Of a stretch of DNA of 58,858 nt, positions 48,728 to 57,247 are shown piece after piece (position 1 is the first letter of the stretch; each line of letters starts with the position of its first letter). The position numbers and the translations under genes are program-made. The stretch lies in the NCBI GenBank assembly GCA_905233855.1, contig CAJOGA010000013.1, forward strand, positions 1-58,858, given 5' to 3'. The DNA is from an uncultured Clostridia bacterium. Its GTDB lineage: Bacteria; Bacillota; Clostridia; UBA1381; CAJOGA01. Below the pieces are notes generated by a model. The model saw only the letters and a list, made by a program, of their open reading frames with translations, did not search any database and was not told where the DNA came from.

Positions 48728-49843
48728 ATGAAACACACAAAACAATGGGTCGCTTTAGGCTGTGCCGTTCTTCTTGTTTTAGTAACGGGAATTAGCTGTT
48801 TCTTTATTGGAAAAGAGTATGAAGCGGCGCAAAACCGGAAAGAACAGGAACTGAACGTTCTTCTGAATCGGAGTGAACTTGAAGGACTTGGAAATGTCGA
48901 AGGGAAGATCTATGTTACCGGGCATAAGAGTCCCGATTCGGACACGGTTTGCAGTTCCATTGCCTACGCGGCTTTACTTCAAAAAATGGGGTATGATGCT
49001 ATTCCCGTAGTGCTTGGCGGTATCAATAAAGAAACCGAATTCATTCTGAAAGAGGCCGGAGTGGAAACGCCCGCGCTGTTGGAGGACGCATCCGGCTTGA
49101 ATTTCGTTCTGATCGATCACGGCGATTACTCGCAATCGGCAGACGGCATGGATAAGGCAAACATTATTTCCATAATAGATCATCACAACAACGGAACCGT
49201 GCAGACCGGCAACCCGATCATCTATGACGCAAGACCTCTCGGATCGACCGGCACGATCGTCTGGATCCGATACCGCAATTACGGGATCGAGCCGGATAAA
49301 CAGACGGCGTTTCTTCTGGTCGGCGCGATCCTCTCGGACACGGGCAATTTTCAAAGCGCTACAACCACGACCGCAGACCGCGAGGCGGTAAATGCTCTTT
49401 GCGATCTTGCGGGGATCTCCGATAAGGACGCTTTGTATCGTGATATGTATAAAAAATCGATCTCTTATGAAGGAATGTCGGACGAGGAGATCTTTTACAG
49501 CGACTATAAGGAATATGAAGTCGGCGGGAAAAAGTATTCTATCGGCTGTATAAGCGTATATGACGAAGATGACGCCAAAGATATGTCGGAGCGAATGAAG
49601 AAGATCGTTCCTCAGGCGGCTGCGACCGGAATGGATATGGCGTTTGCCCAGATCAACATTTTTCACGACGGTATTTCCAGGACCTTTATCGTGCCATCCG
49701 ATGATACCGCTGCGGATGTGATAAGAAGCGCGTTCCCTGACGTGACTTTTGATGGGGTCTCATTCAATTTCAATCCCGGAATGTCCAGAAAGCAAGTACT
49801 TGTCCCGGCGATTACGCCTGTTTTGGAGAGTCTGTCGGAATAG
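48728..49843 (+). CDS. DHH/DHHA2 family phosphoesterase (family II inorganic pyrophosphatase-like) with N-terminal signal/anchor
   Basis: VTGHKSPDSDTVCSSIAYA, LIDHGD, IIDHHNNG and C-terminal GMSRKQVLVPAIT parallel PpaC over the full length. An extra 60-aa N-terminus carries the TM segment WVALGCAVLLVLVTGISCFFIG. The gene is visibly GC-richer than its neighbours. Confidence 0.8.
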   Translation: MKHTKQWVALGCAVLLVLVTGISCFFIGKEYEAAQNRKEQELNVLLNRSELEGLGNVEGKIYVTGHKSPDSDTVCSSIAYAALLQKMGYDAIPVVLGGINKETEFILKEAGVETPALLEDASGLNFVLIDHGDYSQSADGMDKANIISIIDHHNNGTVQTGNPIIYDARPLGSTGTIVWIRYRNYGIEPDKQTAFLLVGAILSDTGNFQSATTTTADREAVNALCDLAGISDKDALYRDMYKKSISYEGMSDEEIFYSDYKEYEVGGKKYSIGCISVYDEDDAKDMSERMKKIVPQAAATGMDMAFAQINIFHDGISRTFIVPSDDTAADVIRSAFPDVTFDGVSFNFNPGMSRKQVLVPAITPVLESLSE

Positions 49844-50085
49844 TTCGACAATCCCGGTTTGCAGAGGTATCGCGTGTACTTTTTAGGTAGTTTTACCTCG
49901 ATTTCGTACCTTTTGGGTAGTCTTTCACATAAAAGAAACCTCTTTAGTCTTTGTCTACCAGGGCAAAAGAGGTTTTTTTTACCGCTGTATAATTGGGAAA
50001 CGCACAATATGAAGCTATAATGATGTTGGAGAATTGAAACCGCTGACCATGATTGATATCATGCCACATAAAGAGAGGAGTCAAC

Positions 50086-51360
50086 ATGCAGTTTTATTTT
50101 AGCTCAATTATCCTGATAGAATTGTTAATGCTTTCCATGACGATACATGTAATTCGTTATTCAGGATTTGACAAACAGCAAAAAACGTGGCATATCATTA
50201 CGTTCGTTTCTGTTATGTTCTGTGCTGCCGCAGAATATGCCGTTCACTGCGGTTATTATAGACCCTCCTTTGCTGTTCCTCTTACAATAATCACAGTATT
50301 ACAGTTCTCTGTCGCGCCGCCCATGGCAGTGTTCTTCTCAGGCGCCTTAGGGTTACACAAACAATCTAAAAAAGCCCTTTGGTTCTTTATTCCGCATGCC
50401 GCTATTGAGATCATTGCCGCTCCATTCGGTTGGGTTTTTTATTTTGCGGAAGACGGATATCACAGAGGGGCCTTTTTCGCGATTTACTCTGTGTTTTATT
50501 TTTTCAGTTTGATTTATCTCATGATCTGTATGTTAGCAGTTGGCAAAAGATTCAAACACAGAGACAAATTTACGATTATAATGGTCGTACTTACGCTGAT
50601 AGCGGGAATAATACCTGTAACGTTTATGAACGTTCATACTGCGTATATTAGCGTCGGTATGGCAGCATGTCTGTGTTACATCTATTACAATGACCTTATT
50701 CAGGAGGACACGCAAGTAGCGCTTATTGCCAACCAGAAGAGGATCACAGATATGCAGGAGCATATGATATCAGGACTTGCCAGCGTAATCGAAAACCGCG
50801 ATACAGACACAGGGCAACACGTATCCAGAACCAGAGAGTATGTTAAGCTAATAACCCTGGGGGCATTGAAGGAAGGTGTTTATACAGACGAAATTGACGA
50901 TCTGTTCCTAAACTTGATCTATACACTTGCGCCTATGCATGATGTTGGTAAAATCGTTGTTTCAGATACGATTCTAAAAAAGCCAGAAAAACTAACGGCA
51001 GAAGAATTTGAGCAAATGAAGCTGCACGCAGCAAAAGGCGGCGTTATAGTTGATCAAATACTGTCTGGAGTCACTGATGAGTCTTATTTGAAATTTGCTT
51101 CGGATATAGCTATGTACCATCACGAGCGGTGGGATGGTACCGGATATCCGGAAGGGTTAAAAGCAAAAGACATTCCTCTTTGCGCAAGGATCATGGCAAT
51201 TGCGGATGTTTACGACGCCTTGATATCTGAGCGATGCTATAAAAAAGCATTGCCGGAAAATGAAGCTCTTGAAATAATTAAGGAAGAGTCAGGGACTCAT
51301 TTTGACCCCCAATTGGTTGCTGTTTTCTTGAAATATATACAAAAAAATACCGATTCGTAG
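50086..51360 (+). CDS. membrane HD-GYP domain protein (putative c-di-GMP phosphodiesterase)
   Basis: About 6 to 7 N-terminal TM helices, then HDVGKIVV...YHHERWDGTGYPEGL...IADVYDAL. RBS is GAGGAG. Confidence 0.88.
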   Translation: MQFYFSSIILIELLMLSMTIHVIRYSGFDKQQKTWHIITFVSVMFCAAAEYAVHCGYYRPSFAVPLTIITVLQFSVAPPMAVFFSGALGLHKQSKKALWFFIPHAAIEIIAAPFGWVFYFAEDGYHRGAFFAIYSVFYFFSLIYLMICMLAVGKRFKHRDKFTIIMVVLTLIAGIIPVTFMNVHTAYISVGMAACLCYIYYNDLIQEDTQVALIANQKRITDMQEHMISGLASVIENRDTDTGQHVSRTREYVKLITLGALKEGVYTDEIDDLFLNLIYTLAPMHDVGKIVVSDTILKKPEKLTAEEFEQMKLHAAKGGVIVDQILSGVTDESYLKFASDIAMYHHERWDGTGYPEGLKAKDIPLCARIMAIADVYDALISERCYKKALPENEALEIIKEESGTHFDPQLVAVFLKYIQKNTDS

Positions 51361-51579
51361 GAGCAAACGCGCGCAGCAATGATTACGTGCTTTTTGCTGT
51401 TCTTCCTTTGGATTTGTGCCGTTTAGCGCAACTTCTGCATAAAAGAAACGTCTTTTATCTACCACGACAAAAGGGGTTTTTGCGGAATCTGCATTTGCCG
51501 TCACATTAAACAGCAACACAAATGAAATAAGCAATGTAAGAATTTTTTTGACTTTAGCATAACCATTCTCCTAAAATTT

Positions 51580-52473
51580 TTATTTTTCGGCAGCATGCAT
51601 AAATGCGCTGCTTATTAACGCATATATGATATATGTAAAGAGTGTGCCAAAACACACATCCGAAAGGAAGTGATTTGTCATGTGTATGCGGTTATATCCG
51701 TATAAAACCACAAAGGCACACGCAAAGCAAAATGCGATAAGTTTTTTTCTTTTACTTTGCTTTTTTGAAACGGCAGTAAGCATTGGCAGGGAAAACATCA
51801 TACTTGCAATCGTCATATTTCCGCTTGGCCAGCTTTTGAAATTATCATTACTTCCTGCGAGATTTGGTATCATATCCCACCAGTTGCGAAACTCAGATAT
51901 AGGATTTTCCAAAGTTAAAAGGTATTTATAGCGTGGGCGTGATGCCACCTGTTTCAGCCATACATTTACATCATCTGCGATTATACCCGCAACAAGAATA
52001 GCAGCCCCAACCGCTATCAGTTTGTTTGGGTTTTCGCGGTCAATCAGCTTGGCTGTTACAAACGGAACCCATGCATACAAAGCGGCAAACAAAATCCAAG
52101 CAAGGACAGACAGCAAAGGAGAAGATTCCCCTGCTGTATATCCAAGTATATCCCGTATTTTTTCGCCATTGTAACTGTTAGAATAGTAAACGGCAATAAA
52201 ATAAGCAATCACTAAAAGCGTCCATGCAAGCAAACGGTACTTTTTGCCTTTTTCTTTTAGTCCGACAAACAGGCATGTCCCTGCTGCGGGATACAGGCAG
52301 TATGATAGATAAGCACCCCATGTTGCAAAGAATGAGCCTATTTTCGTTTTGTTCGCAAGCATCTCGCTTATTTGAAAATCAAAAACAGAGCCTAATACTA
52401 TTCCCAATACACAAAAACCGATTATTCCCCAAAAACATTTTTTTGGCATTTCCATAATTGTTTTTTTCTGCAT
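51580..52473 (-). CDS. PAP2 superfamily membrane phosphatase-like protein
   Basis: KQVASRPRY (motif 1), WPSGNMT (motif 2, with N where PSGH is canonical), and NRIHMTNHFLSD (motif 3). Confidence 0.7.
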   Translation of the reverse strand: MQKKTIMEMPKKCFWGIIGFCVLGIVLGSVFDFQISEMLANKTKIGSFFATWGAYLSYCLYPAAGTCLFVGLKEKGKKYRLLAWTLLVIAYFIAVYYSNSYNGEKIRDILGYTAGESSPLLSVLAWILFAALYAWVPFVTAKLIDRENPNKLIAVGAAILVAGIIADDVNVWLKQVASRPRYKYLLTLENPISEFRNWWDMIPNLAGSNDNFKSWPSGNMTIASMMFSLPMLTAVSKKQSKRKKLIAFCFACAFVVLYGYNRIHMTNHFLSDVCFGTLFTYIIYALISSAFMHAAEK

Positions 52474-52690
52474 TATGTTTTCCCCCCACGCAAGCTATTG
52501 TATCTAATTGCAAAAGCACCATGCAAATCGTAATATTTACTAAGAATTATATCATAAAATCACAGGTTTGACAAGAATTTAAGATAAATTTCGCTAATGC
52601 AAAAAACATCAGGGACTTATATTTACATTTAGGCTACTATATGATAAAATGTATTTGAGATTTTTTATGCGTATAGGAGATATAACAAAA

Positions 52691-54826
52691 ATGAAAAAAA
52701 CATCAAAAATTATTTCGATATTGATAGTGATAGCAGCAGTTATGAGTATTTCATTTGCGGCCGTTTACGCAGATGATATTTATGAGGGTGGTGGCGGAGA
52801 TGTCAAGACTTTTCGCTATCAACACGATCCCCGTCTTAACAATAAGGCTATGGAGGATATTATTATTAATCCTGAAGCCGTTTACGGCTTTTCACCAAGC
52901 TCGACAGGAAGTCTTGCGGCATACGCCGAGTATGACTGGACTGATTCCGAGGCTGTAGAAGCTTACCGTCAAAACCGTATTGAGTATTTGCAAAGTTACT
53001 CACAGATGTACGATATTTTGGATGAAATGACTGCCGAGGGTAAGTCCATAGAAGAAATTGCACGCGCGGTAAGTGCAAAACGCAACGAACTGCGGCTTGC
53101 GGCTTATGAAGGAAATCCCGAAGGGTTGGCAACGGTTAAGGCGTATAATCTTGAACGCTACGGACATGAAGACGGTCCTACGGCGGACGAAATGTTTGAA
53201 AAATACGCATCTTGGGAGCGAGTGATTGAAAAAGCTTTCAGTCACAATCCCGGTATGGATGCGTGTGTAGGATTATATGACGACAACTATAAATACTATA
53301 TAGCGTTTGATTACATAGCGGATGAACGCATAATCGGTGCGTCACGCGAATACACAGTTGCTGCTTTTATGGATGCTGCCGGCTTCTTTGAAAAATCAAG
53401 TTTAGATACATTGTCATCGTTCGCTGACGCACAGGATGTAAATGAAATATTTGCCCCGGAATTGGCACAAGCTGTCGAAGACGGAATTATCAAAGGCTAC
53501 GAAGACAACACTTTGCGTCCGCAGGAAACAATTAGCCGTGTGGAGGCATTGACGATTCTTGCACGTATGCTGCCTGAAACTGAGGCGATGAGGGAGCCAC
53601 TTGCGTTTTTCGACGTTCCTGAATGGGCAAAGGATTCGATTGACAGACTCAGTGCTGCAGGACTTGTGGAGGGTTACGGAAACGGATTGCTTGGTTCTTA
53701 TGATGATTTAAACGTGGAACAGATTTCCATTCTGACCGCAAGGGTAAGCAAATACCAAACCGCCACATATCTCGGAGTTGAAAATTACGGCGAAAAAGAA
53801 ACAAATAAGGACAATAAAAACAATTTCCGCTACAGATTTCTTATTGACGGCAAAGAAACAATCCTTTCCATTGATAACGGCAAAGAGAATGATGACGGAA
53901 AATATGATTATCCCATACAAAACACATTGAAGGAAGGCTATTCCTACAAGCTGAAAATTTCCAACAATACTGTAATTTCAGCAGAAGAAATTATAGGCAA
54001 TGAGGAGGAATTTACACCTGTTGTATCCGGCATCCCAGGCGAAAAAACACTTCTTAATTTTTTAAAAACCGCAATGGAGCCTGTCGGAACAACGCTTTAT
54101 ATCTACGGCGGCGGTTGGGATTGGCAGGATGTCGGAAGCAGCGTACAGGCAAGGACAGTCGGTGTTTCTCCCGACTGGGTACGCTTCTTTAACGCACAGG
54201 ATGAAAATTTTACATACAAGGAAAAGGACGGAGACAAGGACAAAGCAGATCCGAAAACCAGCTATTATCCTTATGGTGAATATAACGAATACTACTACGC
54301 AGGTCTTGACTGCTCGGGATATGTCGGCTGGGTTTTATATAATACCTTTGAAACGGAAGACTTACAAGAAGGCTATGTTATGGGCTCAACAGGCACAGCT
54401 AAAAAACTGGCGGCAAGAGGTCTTGGTGAGTGGACGCAGGACATAACTGAAATGAAGCCCGGCGAAATGATGAGTATGAACGGTCATATCTGGATTTCAC
54501 TTGGCACTTGCTCTGACGGAAGTACGCTTATTCTGCACTCTACACCGAGCAAAAGCAGAACAAACCAACCGGGTGGCGGTGTTCAGATAAGCGCTATTGG
54601 AAAATCCGCCGATTGTGAGGCATATAAGCTGGCAGATGAGTATATGTCAAAACACTACCCCGAATGGTATAGCCGTTATCCCATTTATCTGTGTGATCCT
54701 GATGTTTATTTCACCTTTACGGGTGAAAATGCGGGCAAGTTCACCTGGTCAGCCGATGTTTTGGCGGACGGCGAAAATATCAAAAGTATGACCCCAAAGG
54801 AAGTTTTGGAAATATTATTTAAATAA
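52691..54826 (+). CDS. secreted cell-wall hydrolase with two SLH domains and a C-terminal NlpC/P60 (C40) peptidase domain
   Basis: Signal peptide MKKTSKIISILIVIAAVMSISFAAVYA. SLH motifs GYEDNTLRPQETISRVEAL and GYGNGLLGSYDDLNVEQISIL. Catalytic region GLDCSGYVGWVLY...NGHIWISLG...LHST. Confidence 0.8.
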   Translation: MKKTSKIISILIVIAAVMSISFAAVYADDIYEGGGGDVKTFRYQHDPRLNNKAMEDIIINPEAVYGFSPSSTGSLAAYAEYDWTDSEAVEAYRQNRIEYLQSYSQMYDILDEMTAEGKSIEEIARAVSAKRNELRLAAYEGNPEGLATVKAYNLERYGHEDGPTADEMFEKYASWERVIEKAFSHNPGMDACVGLYDDNYKYYIAFDYIADERIIGASREYTVAAFMDAAGFFEKSSLDTLSSFADAQDVNEIFAPELAQAVEDGIIKGYEDNTLRPQETISRVEALTILARMLPETEAMREPLAFFDVPEWAKDSIDRLSAAGLVEGYGNGLLGSYDDLNVEQISILTARVSKYQTATYLGVENYGEKETNKDNKNNFRYRFLIDGKETILSIDNGKENDDGKYDYPIQNTLKEGYSYKLKISNNTVISAEEIIGNEEEFTPVVSGIPGEKTLLNFLKTAMEPVGTTLYIYGGGWDWQDVGSSVQARTVGVSPDWVRFFNAQDENFTYKEKDGDKDKADPKTSYYPYGEYNEYYYAGLDCSGYVGWVLYNTFETEDLQEGYVMGSTGTAKKLAARGLGEWTQDITEMKPGEMMSMNGHIWISLGTCSDGSTLILHSTPSKSRTNQPGGGVQISAIGKSADCEAYKLADEYMSKHYPEWYSRYPIYLCDPDVYFTFTGENAGKFTWSADVLADGENIKSMTPKEVLEILFK

Positions 54827-54829
54827 ACA

Positions 54830-54863
54830 AGTCAAGACCACCGGTAAACCGGTGGTCTTGACT
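54830..54863. terminator. hairpin after the hydrolase gene
   Basis: AGTCAAGACCACCGG-TAAA-CCGGTGGTCTTGACT with no strong U tract on the plus strand. Confidence 0.55.
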
Positions 54864-55232
54864 ATCGTGCAAAACGGCTTGATATAAGGACTTTCCGCCG
54901 TTTTCAATAAAACAAAAGGCAGCCGTTCCGGGTCGCTATCGACTTTGAGTGGCTACCTTCTTTTTTTGTCCTCAAAAAGTAATCGTTGGATTATGGGATA
55001 ACTGTTGGATTATGACAACAATGTACGACAATTCAACTACGCTTTTTAGCAGATAAACGAATTTGTCATTTTAGCTCCATTATCAATTCAACGCCCATAA
55101 GAGATATGTTTCATGTAAACGATTTTTATATATTTGCATTTTGTCAATGTCTGTTTATTAATATTTGTATTGATTTTAAAATACTGTGGTGTTAAAATAC
55201 AGCTAAACGGACACAAAAGGGAGAGATAAATC

Positions 55233-56429
55233 ATGTATAATAAAAATGATGTTTTAGACTATATTGCATCGGAGGACGTGAAATTTATAAAGCTTGCTTT
55301 TTGCGATGTTTTCGGCGTGCAAAAGAATATATCCATACTTTCAAGCGAGCTTGAAAGAGCGTTTGAACACGGAATATCCTTTGACGCATCGGCGATTGAC
55401 GGCTTTGGCGATGAAGCAAATTCGGATTTGTTCCTTTTCCCCGACCCGTCAACTGTCGAGGTTTTGCCTTGGCGTCCGTCCCAGGGTAAAGTTGTAAGGA
55501 TGATATGCGACATCAAAAACCCCGACGGCACTCCCTACGAAATGGATACAAGACACATTTTAAAAAAAGCCATACAGTACGCAAAGGAAAACGGAATTGA
55601 ATTAAATATCGGCTCGGAATTTGAATTTTATCTGTTTAAAACAGATGATGAAGGCAATCCCACAAACGTTCCGTTTGACAATGCAGGATACTTCGACATA
55701 GCACCGTCGGATCGCGGTGAAAACGTCCGCCGCGAGATATGTCTGACCTTGGAAAATATGGATATATATCCCGAAAGCTCACATCACGAAGAAGGTCCGG
55801 GACAAAACGAAATTGATTTTAAACATTCCGACCCGTTGTCAAGTGCCGACAATGCGGTTACATTTAAGTCCGTTACATGTACAATAGCGGCAAAAAACGG
55901 GCTTTATGCAAGCTTTATGCCAAAGCCTGTCAAAAATGAAAGCGGCAACGGAATGCATATAAACATTTCTCTTAATGACAAATCAAAAACAAACAGCTTT
56001 ATTGCGGGTATACTCGATAATATCCGCGGTATCACCGCTTTTCTTAATCCTATAAACGAATCGTATGAAAGACTGGGCGACAAAAAAGCACCGTTTTATA
56101 TAACCTGGGCCGAGGGCAACCGTTCGCAGCTTATCAGAATCCCGGCAGAAACTGATGAAAGAAGCCGCTTTGAACTGCGTTCTCCCGACCCAATGGCAAA
56201 CCCATATCTTGCTTATGCACTTGTTATATATTCCGGAACAGAGGGCGTTGTGAATAAGAAAGAACTTTGCCGCCCGTGCAATATTAATTTATACAACGCA
56301 GACAAAAGCATAACCGATAAGCTATCAACCCTCCCTCGTAACCTGACAGAAGCGTTGGAAGAGGCAAAAAAGAGCGAAATAGTAAAAAAATACCTGCCGG
56401 AAAATATATATATTAAAAATAAACAGTAA
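55233..56429 (+). CDS. glnA: glutamine synthetase, short type I-like form
   Basis: Beta-grasp N-terminus VKFIKLAFCDVFGVQKN, HHEEGPGQNEIDF, SGNGMHINISL and RSPDPMANPYL. At 398 aa it is shorter than canonical GSI. Confidence 0.85.
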   Translation: MYNKNDVLDYIASEDVKFIKLAFCDVFGVQKNISILSSELERAFEHGISFDASAIDGFGDEANSDLFLFPDPSTVEVLPWRPSQGKVVRMICDIKNPDGTPYEMDTRHILKKAIQYAKENGIELNIGSEFEFYLFKTDDEGNPTNVPFDNAGYFDIAPSDRGENVRREICLTLENMDIYPESSHHEEGPGQNEIDFKHSDPLSSADNAVTFKSVTCTIAAKNGLYASFMPKPVKNESGNGMHINISLNDKSKTNSFIAGILDNIRGITAFLNPINESYERLGDKKAPFYITWAEGNRSQLIRIPAETDERSRFELRSPDPMANPYLAYALVIYSGTEGVVNKKELCRPCNINLYNADKSITDKLSTLPRNLTEALEEAKKSEIVKKYLPENIYIKNKQ

Positions 56430-56444
56430 ACCGGAGTGATTAAA

Positions 56445-57032
56445 ATGCTTCCTGACAAGGAATTGATAAGCATACTCGTGGTTTCCTGTTCAGATAAGGT
56501 TTCCGATGCATTTAACAGCATCTTCGAAGGGAGATATACGGTCGATGTAAACCGTGCGTCAAGCATAAGTGAAGCTAAACGGATGACCCTTTTGCAAAGC
56601 TTCGATATGGTTGTTGTAAACTCTCCACTGAAAGATGAAACCGGAATAGAATTTTCTGTCGATCTGTCGTCTGACGGCTCTACGGGTGTATTACTTTTAA
56701 TAAATAACGAATATTATGATCAGGTTTCGTATGAGGTTGGCAGATACGGCGTTCTTACCCTGTCCAAACCAATGTCCAGACAAACGCTGTATGAAGCGGC
56801 AAACCTTGTCGTCGCAACCAATTTCCGTCTTAAAAAGGTGGAATTAAAAAACGCAAAACTGACTGCAAAAATGGAAGAGATACGCATAGTAAATCACGCC
56901 AAATGGGTGCTTATAGAAAACCTGCATCTGTCCGAAGTTGAAGCTCACAAAATTATTGAAAAACAGGCGATGGATACCAGGCAGTCAAAGCGTGAGGTTG
57001 CTGAAACCATTTTGAAAACATACAGAACTTAA
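56445..57032 (+). CDS. ANTAR-domain response-regulator-like antiterminator (NitR/AmiR-like)
   Basis: Receiver-like N-terminus (ILVVSCSD...MVVVNSPLKDETG) and ANTAR C-terminus IRIVNHAKWVLIENLHLSEVEAHKIIEKQAMDTRQSKREVAETIL. Confidence 0.82.
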   Translation: MLPDKELISILVVSCSDKVSDAFNSIFEGRYTVDVNRASSISEAKRMTLLQSFDMVVVNSPLKDETGIEFSVDLSSDGSTGVLLLINNEYYDQVSYEVGRYGVLTLSKPMSRQTLYEAANLVVATNFRLKKVELKNAKLTAKMEEIRIVNHAKWVLIENLHLSEVEAHKIIEKQAMDTRQSKREVAETILKTYRT

Positions 57033-57132
57033 TATTTGTTTTGTTTTTATAAATAATTCAAATCTGTTTTGTTGCATTTTGTCGGTTTTGACTATTGAAT
57101 TTTTAAATACAAAGTGTTATCATGTTCACGTA

Positions 57133-57178
57133 AAGGCAATGAGGCCTTGGATGAAAGTCCGGTCTCATTGCCTTTTTT
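57133..57178 (+). terminator. leader terminator upstream of glnN, a candidate ANTAR target
   Basis: AAGGCAATGAG-(20-nt loop)-CTCATTGCCTT followed by a T run. The 5' arm can alternatively form GGC-AAUGAG-GCC, a hexaloop with A1/G4. Confidence 0.65.
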
Positions 57179-57247
57179 GTGTTTAAAAAATTATTTATCC
57201 GAAAATTTCCGGATTTTCGAGATGCTGCAAAAAGGGAGAGATGATTT

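Noticed and set aside
48974-49666. A 230-aa minus-strand ORF antisense to the DHH gene.
   Set aside because: Its Arg/Gly/Asp-rich composition is low-complexity and typical of the antisense frame of a GC-rich gene. The sense strand has full-length family-II-pyrophosphatase similarity.
55160-55200. A possible GlnR/TnrA box (TGTNA-N7-TNACA) near TGTGGTGTTAAAATACA, upstream of glnA.
   Set aside because: Both half-sites deviate from the consensus, and the sequence doubles as a TTGATT/TGTTAAAAT promoter. I cannot support an operator call by eye.
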